In this document: piece by piece, positions 12,101 through 27,100 of the stretch
Layout of the letters: each line of letters opens with the position of its first letter
Position numbering within the stretch: position 1 is the first letter of the stretch
Origin: Hydrolagus colliei
Lineage: Eukaryota
Direction: 5' to 3'
Assembly (NCBI GenBank): GCA_035084275.1
Contig: CM068757.1
Coordinates: 15,438,001-15,502,000, forward strand
DNA length: 64,000 nt
Position numbers and translations under genes: made by a program
Notes under the pieces: model-generated
The model's input: the letters and a program-made list of their open reading frames with translations, nothing else
Told to the model about the DNA's origin: nothing
Databases searched by the model: none

Positions 12101-15100
12101 CAGTGAAAGACGCTCTATAAATGTAATTTTGTTATTGTTATTGTAATATCTACATGCTCCCCCTTGGTGACATCATTCACAGATATGGGGTCAACTTCCA
12201 CATGTATGAGGATGATACCCATCTTTCTGCCTCTGCCTTTGATTCCAGGAGCTGTCCTGTCAGACATCAAGTTCTGGATGAGAGCTGACTTTCTATAGTT
12301 AAATGTTAGTAAAACCAAGGCCATCCTGACTGCTCATGCCATGCCTTTACACCTCAGGCACTGGCAGCATCGACCTCCAGCATGGTTGCACACTCCATCT
12401 CAGCGAGCCAGTTAGGATCCTAGATGTCTTGTTTCATCCTCAATTGTCTTTTCTACTCCACATCCAAGTCATGACCCGGCCTGCTCCATGTCCCCCGACC
12501 CAGCTGCTCCATCATTGGCAGGAGAGCTTTCAGCCATTCTGCCCCTAACCTCTGGAATTCCATCACGCATTCCCTACATCTCACCCCCTCCCTGGCCTCC
12601 TTCAAATCTCGCTTCAAGACCCTCCTCTTTGATAGTCCCATTGGTCACCCTAAATCCTCTCCTTTCCCTCCACCCTCCCCAATCCCAACCCCAATTTAGG
12701 TCTGAAACACTGACTGTCCAGTGCCTTGTGACGTTCTTCTGACCTGAAGGGCGCTATACAAATGTAATTTTGTTGTTGTTGTCTAGAAGCCATGAAAAGC
12801 GCCATATCAAATGCAAGGATTATTATTCTTATTCTTATCAGGCACGTGGATAAAGAAGGAACTTGCTCAAGGTTTCACCCTGCCCGGAATCAAACCCAGA
12901 GTGTTCTAACCACTGAGCCCATAGTCAATCCAGTCAATCCACTTTACAGCATATTTTGTGCAGCACTTTGCAGCACCTAGAAGATGTGATAAGGCATCTG
13001 TCAAATGCAATATTATTATTACTTCCTCTAATTCCCTTTTTTTATTTTCAGCACCAGACTCTCATCAGGAAATGTTTCAAAGGCTCTTACTGAAATCCAG
13101 GTATACAACAGCTAAGTACCTTGATTAAGCTCCTGAAAATTACCCGCGGTATATTCGCAGTCAAAGAAAACCATTAAGTTAGTTTGGCAGCATCTCCCAT
13201 AGTGACTAGTGACTATCTTTTACAATTTTATTACCAACTAGATGCTCCATGATTCTATTTTTAACATCTTGGTCATTCATTATTAGTGTGAGAATTTATA
13301 TTCAAAATAGAGAGGAAAATGAATGAAAGTCAAATGTTTACTTACGGCAAATGTTAGGGGTCCTCCAGGAAACACACACATCAACCATACTGCAAGCTGA
13401 AGAGTAGGCAGCTACAGCAGTGCAGAAACACTCACAATCTCCACCAGTGTCACAGGCACATGCGTCACGCACACACGCATCATAGTAAGGAGTTGGGTTG
13501 ACCTAAGGATTAAATCAAAAATGACCTGAGTTCTATTCACTATTTTGCTTAGCAATGTTTGTAATGCACTTGTGTTCATGTTTGCTGACACAGTCAGACA
13601 ATGACAAGAAGGAATGGAAATTCTGCAAGAATTTAGGAAAACGTAGAAATGAAAAAGGCTATCTATTTAGTATGCCTTTTCTTAAAGAGTATTAATGAAG
13701 TCAAATAACAATGATCTTACATTTAGAATGATATTGAGAGGATGTCTTGAAGTGCTTCACCTGAACTAGGGCTGTAAGCATAGCCAAGGAAGAAGGAGAA
13801 TGTGATCAAAAACTTGTTTGAAATGAAAGGTCTCAATGTAGATTTTAAACATAAATAAGTAGGGGTGAGCAGAGGGACTCGAGCAAAGAGTTCCAGGGAG
13901 CAAGGCCAGAGTGACTGAAAGCTTGTCCACCAAGAGTGGAGTGGTTTAGGTAGGCATCAAGAAGCATGATAAATTTGTGAAACAATTTGGGTGCAAATAC
14001 ATTGAACATCATACCTGAGCATGGCAAGGTAGGAAAGCCTGGCTTTTGATGATACTGCACTGTTTCTGAGCCCATGCTGCACGATGGGGATTGGTAGAGC
14101 ATGGTTCAGTTACTTTCTTTACATCCGGGCAACTAGGGGACACTTTCCAGCTGTTTCCAAATTCCTGCACATTTACAACCACTAGCTGGCTTCTTGTGGT
14201 GAAATCGTTATAAACATTGCCATCATAATTGCCACACATTCCACAGATTTTACCCTGTAACAATCCAAAAAATATATTTCTTAGGCTGGAATTATGATGA
14301 ATCATTAGATTTACTTCTCTCTTCCTTTAAACATTTTAAGTGCAGAATATTTGGGGGAATATTTCATCATTAGCAAAGGGACGAAATGATACATTTATTT
14401 AATTTATATCATTTTATTTGGAAACCAAGCAAAAGAGTCATCAAATACTAAACTTCGTAGAAGGCTAATACCTCAACAAACAAGTGACAACATAAAGTTT
14501 GTTAATTCTGATTTTTCAGTAACCGTGTCACTCCTCATGCTGTGCTCAATTGGCTGCCACATTTCTCCCTCAAATGTACAGTCAATTCACTTTACAGTAT
14601 ATTAGGTGAAGCACTTTGAGATGTCTAGAAGATGTGATAAGGCGCTGTATCAAATGCAAGGATTATTATTATCTCTTGAAGTAATGCACCAATTCAGTGT
14701 GCCAAACTGACCCTGCAAATTCCTCAAAGCAGCAGCAATAATAATTTCAGGAAGATAAGATAATTTACCATATTCTGCAATTCAAAATGAATACATTTTG
14801 ATGGCTTATTTATTTATTTTTCTATTTTTTGAAAACTCACTATCCCTCTATCAAACGGTTGTCCTATGCACACCCAGGCTTCTCAGCATAACATTACATC
14901 CTGACCAAGCAACTAGAAGTGCTTGTGAGAATGAGTCACTCTCTTAATTTCTTTTTGTGCTTCTTTATGGATTGCAGTGCGATCCTTCCCAGATTCTACT
15001 GTTGAGATTTATAGCTTTCAGCAGTTGTAGACGTGACCCCACAGACAGGAAATGCTGATGATCCCAACACTTTGTGGTAGAGAACATTGGTGTCCCCTGG

Positions 15101-18100
15101 AATACAATCACCATGTTGCTCTCAAATTGCTCATTGCTCTCTAACATAAACATATTTATGTTAGATAAATAACATCCTTGGTAATAAGTACTTACCTTAA
15201 AGGAAGGCTTGAGTTTCACAATCAGGCTTGTTTTCTTGTCCCATATTAACACTAATCCGTTCTCAGCTTCAATTACAAGGTAAATGCCAAGATGACGCAC
15301 TTTGTATGGTATGTGTACATCATTACCAAATGTCACCACCTCATACTTTCCTTCTGAGAGTTTCAGTTCAGTGCTCTGAAAGGGTTTGAATAGTTATAAT
15401 AGGGGAATATGATATGAGACAAGTCATTGGGACCACATCTTCATACTATGTTGCTAATAAACATTCTATTTACTAAAAGAAAGATTTCATATTATTAAAA
15501 CATGTATATTTAAAAATAATTTAATACACCTCCTAATAAAGAAAATATTAAGCTCAAAGCCACTATGAACTCACACATATCAGACTCTCACGTGGATTTA
15601 ACTTACCCCTAAGAAGATCTTGATTGCTTTGGAGCATGTTGTTCCAGTAGTCCCACAAGGGATGTTTTCAGTCATCACTCTAAAGGTTCCATTGGAAGGA
15701 GTTTTACCACAGTGATCCTGAAAGCAAAGACAGAATTAAAGACCAAAATCTTCACATAGAACACAATTTAGAGATCACAGATAGACCTGAAATACAAAAC
15801 CATACGTATTGGTTCTAAAAATATTGAAACGTGAATAGCAGTGTAGGAAATTGACTGATTTGGTATGTATTATTCATTACCGTTATTCTTTCTACATGTT
15901 TTATTCACCAAACTGTGAAGCCTCAGTGTTGGAGAATCAACATTGTTTTCCAGGTCACATGTGGGCTGCTGTGGTAACAATAGACTCTCTGCTCCCACAC
16001 TCTGGAACTCCATCCCTCAATCCCTTCGCCTCACTCCCTCCATTTCCTCCTTCAAGGCCGGCCTCAAGACCTTCCTCTTCGATCGTGCCTTCTGCTGCCC
16101 TCCTAACTCTCCCCTCTTTCCTATTCTCCTTCCCCCGCCCCTACCCCGACTCTTCCCCCCTGCTCGGGTCCCGACCTGACTATTCAGTACCTTGGGACAT
16201 CCTTCCGATGTGAAACGCGCTCTATAAATGTAATTTTGTTATTATTTGTTGTTGTTGTAATCCAATCTCAAAATAGTCTGGTACTATACTGACAAATCTC
16301 ACCAGCCAGCCAGCTTTGTGGTTTCTTTTGCTGTTTTTCAGTCGGCATTTCTGTCTGTCCTGAAACATCATCCTAGCTTTTTCTTTCAGAAGCTGGTAGA
16401 TCTCCCATGGATTTCTGCTTTGATTCAATACTAGATTATGACTTTGCTGAACAATTTTTTTTACTTACCAGGGAGAGAAGGCTTTTACCTCATCATTGCT
16501 GGCTAGATTCAAACTTAGATTGGTGAACTAGCAAATAGCGCAGTAATCCCTCATTCCACTCAAATTCCCAGCAATGATTATTGCATTCCCATTATGAATG
16601 TTTACAACTTGTCATGGCAACACAACTATTGAGTTGAAGACATACTGAATACTTGTAGGGTATAAAATGTAAATGCGCCCAGTGACACACTCCACATTTG
16701 TTCAGTACCTGTGTAACAGTATATTCACAATCTCCATTAAAATTATAGCGTTGGCCATCAAAAGTGATGTAATGCCCATCTCCATAGATAACACAGGTTC
16801 CATGGCATGTGTTGTTGGTGCACTGCCAGTGTCTGTCATTGCATTTACTAAGAAAAAAAAGAGTTAGAATAAAGCCAAGGTTGATTCGCACCTTGCAGTC
16901 TATTACAAAAGTGAAAATATCATTTATGTGCATTTATGTGAGAACAATATACAGTAGTAGTTTGATAGTACCATGTGTTGCAATCCACTTGAATGCTGTC
17001 CCCAGACTGATAACGGACTCCATTATGGAGACAAGGACACTGATTTACAGCAATGCAGCCACCGCTTCCATCCGACACTAATCCTTTAGGGCATACACAC
17101 CCAGAGACGCAGCCTGTGGTGTACTAAACACAAAAAACAATAAGTTCCAAAATAAGATGGTGCTTCAGTTTTTGAACAGATGCACTTAATTCCAGTAGCT
17201 GCACTCATCCTGTAGAGACCTGACAAATCTTAGCAGAAGTTGGCTGAAAGACTGCCTTTTGAAATGCCAAGGATTTATCTTATTGATGTTTAAATTAGTT
17301 TGTAGATTATACGAAGTCCTGTAGCTCAGTGGTTAGAGCACTCGCCTTGCAACCGAGAGTCCTGGATTCTACTTCTAACACGGCAAAGAGTTGGACAAAT
17401 TTCCTTCCTCCACATGCCCCTGTTTACCTAGCACTAAATATGAAGTTGGAACCCGGTTGAAGTCGATTGATGGATCATTTTAATAATCCCTTAAAAGAAA
17501 TAATAATTTGGTCACTAAATCCATGACTGTTTGTGGGATACTGGAAACAAAACAGAAAGACGAAGAGTTGCTCTTCTTCTTGCACCAATACTTCTCATGG
17601 CATAATGTCTTCTCAGGTTTTTTTTCCTTTCATCGGAATATGGAATTCTTAGGTAACTCGCTAAGTGGCAATTGTTCATGTGTGAGCTCTGACAATGAAA
17701 GCCACCAGATTATTGGACGGCAGTGGCTATTACAGGCAAACTTTGCTCCTCATTGTTGTTCTTTAGCACCTAAAATGTTAGAAGGAACACGATTCATGAA
17801 TATTGTACACTGGTACTTACACATTCCATGTCTAGGGTCTGGCAACTCTTCTGACACTCGGTACCAATGCTATCAGCTGGAGCATTGTTGCAATCAAAGT
17901 ATACCATGGGAGCAGCACATTCTGCAAAACACACCCAATTACTGAAGTCAGGTACACAAACTCATTTTATTCTTGAAAATGCATATTATGTTTCATGGTT
18001 GTTACCTTGAGATGTTTCCTCATTTCCAATACACTCTAACTTTCCGTGATTGCAGGTACTAGAACAAAACATTGAAATATCACATTAGTTGCTCAAGTTA

Positions 18101-21100
18101 GTTAGGCATTAGACAGGCATTGCTGGTCCATGAAATTATTCAGTTGTTTCAGAAGCTTACCACATGGCATCATCCTCATGAATGACCTCTCCAGCAGGAA
18201 TGATTGTCCTCTTGTGGTAACATTGACAGTTGGCGGGTGGCACGCATATACCGGTGTCATCCATGTACATTCCATCAGCACAACCACAGCCGTCCACAGG
18301 CACAAAATCAACTGCACACGTGCTATCTGGAACACTGAGGGACCAACATGTGCGGTGGCAGCTCTTCATGTCATAGCTGTAGACTAGAGTCTTGGGGCAG
18401 TTGGTGTATTTGGCTGCAGTAAAAATAATCAAGAAATATTTAAGAATTTATAGACCGTAGAATATTAAAAACAAAATGCTTTTCTGAAAAATAATGTGGT
18501 TTCTGAGATTTTTCTGTAATTCTTAAAACAACAATTTGCATTCATATAGGGTAAAATTTTGGAGCACTCTAAATTGCTGCGTCAGTCACTGCATGCTGCA
18601 CTACTGAGGGTTAGTCACTAGTTACTGCATTATAGAGGATCTATCTCTAACACCCTGTGCTGCTGACTGTGAACTAATGTTACACTCTTCTGGTTATTAC
18701 CATGAGAAGCTATAAATAAAATAATAATAATTCTTGCATTTGACATAGCACTTTTCACATCTTCCGGACATCTTAAAGCACTTCACCGAATGTGCTGTAA
18801 AGTGAATTAACTGTATATTTGTAGGCAAAATGCAGCAGCCAATTGCACACATTAGTGTTCCACAAACACTGTGGATTGGTCATTCAACCCACAGAAGTTG
18901 TGGGTTGAATGACCAAATTATTATTGTTCTTTTCTTGAGGGATTATTATCAGGTGTATGGAGTAAGGAAACTTGCCCAAAGTTTCACCCTGCTGGAAATC
19001 AAACCCAGGTTTCTTGCTTGCAAGGCGAGTTCTCTAACCACTGAGCTGCAGGACTCCCCAAGTTAACCTGTAACCAGCATTAATTGGTTCCACCAAAGAT
19101 ATTTACAGGGAATGTTTTGCTTTTTTTTTGGTAAGCTAGGTGTCTGACGCACATTAAGTGTATCCTAACCTTACTCATGGAAATTTCTGTTGTCTGGAAA
19201 TGGAGTGCACACTCTTTCCCTGGAGAGAGACACCTTCTAAAATAATCCTTGCATTTAATATATTGCCATTCACAGTTGTCAGATGGACAACTCAATGCAA
19301 GTAAAGTATTGTAACTGCATTTGTTGACCTAACCTCTTTTCACCTAATGCTAGATAGTTAGGTGGCAATTTGACAAGAACTAAGTCTTGGGGACTCCAGA
19401 AGGTAGGTTGTAATACTACTGGAATTTATCCAGCTAAAACTAGGTACAGTAACTTGACATTGAGAAGAGTGACTGGTAAACCCTCTACTGGTTGACCAGC
19501 TTGCATCAAGCTGAAACCACTAGATGTTGTGAACACAAAGTGGAAATTTTGGTTATTTCCTTAAAAATGCATTTTTATAGCACATTTCATGTCGAGAGGA
19601 CATCCAACAGAAGTTGCACTGAGTGTAGAAATAGATTATACTTACAGCACACATTTGTTCTCCAGTTGGAAATGGTGATTCCTTTTGCTGCACAAGTCCA
19701 AGCATATGAGGAGAGGGCAGCGCACATGCAGTCTTCACTTTTCTCACAGTTACAGCTGTCATACATACATTGCTGCAAAATTAAAGCTTTCTTTGTTATT
19801 GGCACTCAAGGTGGAAAAAGGATAACAACTGAGACAAAATATTTTAGGTACAAACATGAGGAAGACACATGTCAGAGAACTGGTCATTGAGTTAGAATTT
19901 TGTGCAATTTTAATGACCTTATGTGCCAGATTCCAATCTATGCAGTTTTAGCTGGTTACAGTCCAGCAATACCCCAAAGCACACTCTGCAGCCCCCACGT
20001 CTTGGCTCTTGCCACCCTGTGCCTAATACTGTCTGGAATTAGGTTAGCAGGGTGTGGACATTCCATTATAGACCTGAGAATATCCATGTGTAAGTGGCAT
20101 ACAAGGAACTCTCAGTCTGATTTGGATATTCTTAAGCATAGTGGTGTTTTTCCGCATACATCAGACACACAGCTGACCAAAAAAGTCTCAGCAAGGCTCA
20201 GTTGTTAGGTCTCTTGCTTTTGAATCAGAAAGTTGTGATTTCAAACCTCAAAGTTCAAGTATACAGTTAGGCTGAAACTCCCATGCAGTGAAAAACTCCC
20301 ATGAAATTCCCAAGGTGCCATTCTTTAGCAAAATATCATTTTAAACCAAGGCCTCATGTCCCTATTAAGGTGGAAGTTAAATATCCCTTGACACTATTAA
20401 AGAAGGAAAGTAAGTTTCTCCGGGTGTTCCGGCCAACAATGCCCCAAATACAAAATTGGCCATTCACATCATGGCAGTTTGTGGAATGTTGCTGCGCACA
20501 AATTGGCTGCTATGTTTGCCTACAAATACACACTTCACAGTAGAATCTTGTGAAGCACTTTTAGAAATCTACAACGTTGATATGCTGTTATATCCAATGC
20601 AAGGATTATTACATGTATTATAAGATCTTCGTTTTTTTGCTAATAGATGGAAATAAGACAAATGGCTCTTTTAGAGTAATATTGCCAACACACCAGACTG
20701 TACAGAAATCAACACAAAGTATGCAATTGTTGGGTAATTTATTTGTACATACCTCGAAGTAGAGATTGGGATTGATCCAAGAATGGCACACAGCAAATGG
20801 GGAATCACTATCAAGAAGCAGGGAGCACCAATGCTTTGCATACTGTTCTGTTACAAAAGAACAAGAAAAGGAGCATTTAGAGGGAATGTTTGGGAACTGG
20901 TTATAAATTATGTTGCAGCATCAACACAACCTTCTCCACACCATCTCTTTAGATATTTCATTCAGCCTGAGAGAAACAAGCTCCAGTCAATATATGCTGT
21001 AGGTGATGTTCTATTGTGTACAGTATATTGTGTGATACTGGGGGATAACACTCCTGTGTAATGGAATGTTACATCCAATAATACCTTTTTAATATAACAA

Positions 21101-24100
21101 CTCTGCTATATACTTACCCCACTAATGTATCTTTCACATTACATTACATTGTAATTTTCAGACTGATATTTTAGAGTTAACTGTCATTGTCCTACCATTT
21201 TCAACACTGAGAGAACATGGATTCTCGTGCACATCTTGTTTGTCTGGACAGCTGGCTTTGGTCTTCCATGTGTTTGCGAAAGCAGAAGCTGTTCCTTCTA
21301 TGAGGCCACTGACTGTTTTGAACTCATCATTTAGAACATTGTTGAAGTTTCCACAAAGACCTAAAAGAAGTAAAAGCAACATTTTTTGTGATAATATTTA
21401 AGGTACCATAAAATAATGAGGCAGCTGTGAATCCAGTGGTTAACGATATAGGCAAACAAGTTGAACCGTACCACACATCCGGCTCTCAAAGGATGGATCT
21501 AGAGTTATGAAGAGCTGCATCAGAGGTACCAGTTGTACCTGGAGCTGCAGCCCAAAGTTTGCCTGGAGGATGATGTGGAAGGTGGAGGGTCTGAATATTG
21601 TCACATTGTCTGTGAAGAGTGGACACACAAAAAAAGGTAATGATATAATCTACTTAAACAAAATGCCATAAGTAAATTATTTGGGAAAACAACAATGTGG
21701 GAATTAATTGGTTATTATCAGTGAAAAAATCTTGTAAAGCTCTATTCTGCCCTTCAAAGAACTTTACACATTATCTAAATGTATGCTAAGCAGAATCTAT
21801 ACAGTCTACTTGCTTGTTTAGAGAATCAGAGGAATTTATAGAAAACACAAAATAGAATGCAACAGGGACTGGGAACTGTCCAGCAGAGGATAGACAATAG
21901 ACTCACAATTCTCCAACTCTATAATTCTCCAACTCTATAATTCTCCATGAATTCTAGATTGGTTACAGCATGGAATGAGGCGAAGGCAGCTCAAAGCATA
22001 TACACAGGCTCACCTTATTCAATTACATTTTCTTACATCTTTTAATATTATGTTCCCTGGAATAATTAACCAATTCCTTCTCCAATCTGGGCAGACCCAA
22101 TAACATTCTCAACGATGGGATAGTTGTCAAGAAGGGAAGGGAAATCGAAATTGCATAAAAGTGATTCTACTGAATTTACCTCTGCTGAATGGTAACTGGG
22201 CTAAAATTCCATTGAGAAAGACATTGCCATTGGGTTTAACAGTGATGATCTGTAAACAAAAAGGTTAATTACAACTGATTAATTCAAATATTTATTTGCA
22301 ATTGTTTATCAAACTGTATGTTTAAATAATATTTTATATAAATTAGATTAAAAATCCTTACAGTTTGAGCTCCATGGACAGTGAGTGTTACCGCCTTTAA
22401 GCATGTCTCAGAGTCTGTGATGCCACATGGCTGCAGTTCTCCGAGGATAGTAAACATGCTGTTCTCACAATCCTGGAGGGAAGAATGAGTACAACAAGAC
22501 CTTTTAGATTGAAGAATTAAATTGGGACGAGACTATTGAGTGATTTGAAGCCCAGGAGAAGGATCTTAAGATCAATTTATTAAGGTAAAAAGCTAATGAA
22601 GGTTGGTAAAGACGAAGTAATGAGTGTGCAGATTGATTTTTGGTCCGTAGAGTTGGGAGGAGAATATTAGTGACACTTTGACCTTGGTTTGTAGCCAAAT
22701 GCTGTTATGCTTCTACTTGGTCATGCTATGCTGAGCATCCTATTCTGATTAATATCAGCACCTCATGATTGATTATGGGTTATCTGAAAGCCCAATGGCA
22801 AACTTCTATTGCACTGAGTACAAAAGAAAGTAATGAATTAGAAAGGATTACTAGAAAGGAGTGATTTATAAAGGAGATGACTGTGTTAATGTGCCTAAAA
22901 CACATGCTGAAACTCAGACAGGACTGACTCAGTAAAATGTTCATTAAGTGCTTGAGAGGTACTCAAGCATATAGAAAGGATTACTAGAAAGGAGTGATTT
23001 ATAAAGGAGATGACTGTGTTAATGTGCCTAAAACACATGCTGAAACTCAGACAGGACTGACTCAGTAAAATGTTCATTAAGTGCTTGAGAGGTACTCAAG
23101 CATATACTATAGTCTCCACTTGATCAGTGGTGTGTGGAAGTTGCTCTTGATGTTCTGCTTCATTTAAATTAGTGTTAATATGGAAGGATTTCAACAGTAA
23201 GGAAGATGGAATAATGTAACAACAAATCAATGCTCCAAGAACCTCTTTCAAGAATCACTTTAAGTGAGAGCTCAGCCTAAAATCAGCACCAAGAGACTAA
23301 AGTTAATGTTGGTATTCTCCAGGTTACTACATTTTGAGAACCTTACCTTAGAAAGCACATAATAGCACCTTCCATGGAATGTGTAGTGACTCCCATCAAA
23401 TGTATTAATGTGAGAACCTCCCTCGATAGAACAAGTCCCAGGGCATGATAAATCAGTGCAAGACCACTGTCCTCCTGTGCAAATGCTGTCAGGTTACAGG
23501 GAAGAAATATGTTCGAAATTAGTTACTTTAAAATATTGATGAAACGATAAATTATAGATAACAGTACAACAACTCGCATTTATGTAGTGCCCTTCACATA
23601 ATGCGAGTGTGGGCGAGGTGGAGGGGAAATGGGTTAGCAAGGAGGCACAATCAAAGAGATAAGATTTAGAAAGCTTTTGAGGACAGATAGAGAGAGGTGA
23701 GGGAAGAAGTTCCAGGAAGTGGGAGCACAGCTGCTGAGTATTGCACAGTGGCAGAGAAAGCACAGCAAACCCAATTTTGACAAATGGAGAGGAAACCCAA
23801 GATTGAAGCTGGCGAACATCACAAAAGTGGAAGGGAATGGAGGGATTTTAAGTGATTTCCAGTGATCTTGAAATTAATCTGCATGGAGACAATAGAGCCT
23901 GGTGAAGATGGAGGTGATGGGAATAAAAACTTTCATGTGGGCAGCTGGGGTATGGAAGAGTTGGAGTGTGTGGATAGTGGAGCTAGCAAGATCAGCAAAG
24001 AGGGTGACTGAAAGTTTGAGTCTGGATGTGATGAAGATATGAACAAAATCAGGAGGAGACCATTCAGTCCATAAAGCAAACCTGTTCCACCATTTTATTA

Positions 24101-27100
24101 TATCAGAACAGATCTTTTAGTCCTATTCTGCCCGTAAGGCATTCCACATGGTCACAATTTTCTGGTGATGAAACATTCTCTGAACTCAATAAGTGTTCCA
24201 GTCTTATGTTAAGATTATAGCCTTTTGGAGTTCTTCTAAGACATTCATGAATTGCCCTCTCACTAGCTTATCACATCCCTTGATTATTTTAAACTACTCA
24301 ATCAAATTATCATTTAATTACCTCAACTCTAAGGAATTAAACCCAAATCTACCCAACCTCTGGTAAATGGGTAAAAATCACCTTCATACATTGAGTAGTT
24401 GGCTGATCATTCTCTCAAAAACAGTACATAACAATTAGACATTTTTAGTCAGATGTAGTGATAGTGTTTATTAGTTACCAGTTGCTGCATTTGGTGGAAT
24501 ATTGTTCTCCAGAAGCAAAAGCGAGTCCATTATAGATACAGGAACAGTGTTCAACTGGGATGCATCCCTTGTTGGAAATATCATCAAAAACAGTTCCTGA
24601 AATGTGAAATAAGTAGCTTAGATGTTCATCAGTCTCTTTACATGCAGATTGTTCTGGGTGTTATTACGTTACAAACACTTATTTACCAAATGGTTGATTT
24701 TGTTGATACAATATGGTTTCATATAATCATAATGCAACTGTATGACTGTAGTGTTAGTGTAACAAACCCCTCTCTGTAATGCTTGTATAATACACCCATC
24801 TTTGAAAAACTCGTAAGTAACACATTCATCACTGTAACTCTTATACGCAGTGCTGAGTCCTGTAGCTCAGTGGTTAGAGCACTCGCCTTACAAGTGAGGA
24901 CCCTAGGTTCAGTTGCAGGTAGGGCGAAACCTTGAGCAAGTTTCCTTACTCCACATGCCCGATAATAATCCCTTGAAAAATACAATAATAAATTGGTAAT
25001 TTCAATCCACAATTTCAATTTTTGTGGGACACCGCTGTGCGCAAATGGTTGTCGGATTTTCACCCACAAATATACAGTCAATTCACTTTACAGTATATTC
25101 TGTGAAGCACTTTGAGCCATCTAGAATACATGAAAAGCGCTATATCAAATGCAAGGATTATTATTATGCAGTCATTTCTAATGGTTGACCTCTGAAAGAG
25201 AAACAATATTAACAATCCTTTGCATCACAGACCCTCATCTGATTCACGTTCTTTTTTAAGTCAAAATTCAGTATTATAAATTCCTTAATATCAGAGAAAC
25301 TATGAATTAGACACTCTTCAGAATAAGCATTGCAAAGACATCTAAAGAAATAAGAACAAATGTATTATTTGAAACATGCATTTTGGAATAGAAGTTACGG
25401 TATTTGCATTCTACCTATATATACAGTATATATAGGATTCAAGCACTCAGAGATACTACTTTGTGTGAAGGCACTATATACACCTGTACGTTGTTTTTCT
25501 GAGGTACTTTAACTTACCAGGAGGACAGAAGCAGCCATCAATGCAGTGATCCTCACACATCTGGCTCCTGTCAGGGTTTAAGCATGTGTCTGAACATGGC
25601 GTACCACACTCCTCATAAGTCATATTAAATAGGCACGCCTTTCCTAAAAGAAAAGTAAAGAAAGAGCATCGAGTTTTCAGCACTTTGAAAATTTCAAGCA
25701 ACATTTAGGTTTTAGTTTGCAAGACCTCAAGCATCATTAGTTAAAAAATACTTGCCACAGAATCCATTTGTCCTCCAGTTGCCAGGTTTGCCACCAGCAT
25801 GAGCGCACTGCCTCGCAAATTCCGACATGGTATTGCACAGGCAGAATGATGAATCATCTGCCTCAGAACAGAGACACATGTCTTCCATGCAACTCTCAAT
25901 AAAAGGTGCTATATCTATCAGAGTGTTGCAGTTGGAAAAGGCTTTGCCCGTGAGTAGGATTTCACACTTAGATCTCTGAGGAGGAGGAAAATAAACGATT
26001 CAGTGATATTTTCAATTTTTTTTTACCAGGTTATAATGACTATCTTTTCAAATAAATGTTTATATTGTATCATTTGTGAACATTTTTACACAGGAAAATA
26101 TAGGCTTCCAGTGCTAAGCAACGCAACTTGTTTCCACTTCTGTGATTTCCATTCCTTATCCCATTTAAAGTATTTTACAAGGAGATAAAGCAACCAGATA
26201 CTTTTACCATGGTAAATCATTCACTTACAAAACGTGAACATGTTATGTCCGAATCCGCAGAGAGGATGTCTTCGCATTGTTCCATTGGACCATTCAGCTT
26301 CTGCAGGTTTCCAAACTGGGCTGGTTTCAGAGGATGACCTGTAATAAGGAGTAATTAATATTGAGTGTCTAGCATCAGGCTTGCATTGAATGCTTTCAAA
26401 TCACGAGCTACTGCTTCTTACACATACCATTCGAAACAAACTCATCCCCAGGGATACCATTGAAATCGCCACACAGGCCGCATGTTGTATTTTCATACTT
26501 TTTGTCCAGTTCAAGCTAATTCAAAGAAACAGATATTCATTAGAAAGCACTCTCTAGTAATTTTTAAATACATTATAGATACAATTTTTTTTTGACAAAT
26601 GTACTATTTTACTATTTGCTTTCTTTGAGGTATACATTTGAGTAACATTTTAATAGAAGCCTCCGCAAAAGAAGCCTTTTCTGTAAACATGTGGAAATGT
26701 TCAATGGTTAATACTGTATTAACTAAAATAACCTTCATAATTTTTGTTCCTTTTCTGACACGTTCATCTTGAGTGGTGTTGTTATTGCATCCCACCAATC
26801 AATTTGGGCTGCCTCCCCCCATGATCTACTGTACTCTGCATCATTTCGACAGATAGCACTTGTGAAGAGTGGAGCTTCATTAGGTTGATTATAGAATCAG
26901 ATGAGACAAACAGAGCAGGCAGGTCACGGGGAATATCAGCTAAACTGGAGATAGCCCAAGGGCCACATGCAGCCTCCATGACAATTTTATGCATGAGTAA
27001 TGCAGCCTACAGTCAGTCATCTCTATCATATCACTTTACAATATACTCAACACTTTTGATAACGTGAGCAGTATTTTGATAGTTCCAGCGTGCATCACTC

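Noticed and set aside
14235-14250. CGMCG instead of CGLCG in VWD3
   Set aside because: Conservative change with the CxxC motif intact
17315-17385. tRNA-like sequences (also at 24855, 28175, 34213, 49333, 55996)
   Set aside because: These are SINE heads running into SINE body sequence, with degenerate stems; not tRNA genes
21907-21947. Short 16-bp tandem repeat (AATTCTCCAACTCTAT)
   Set aside because: Ordinary slippage duplication in an intron
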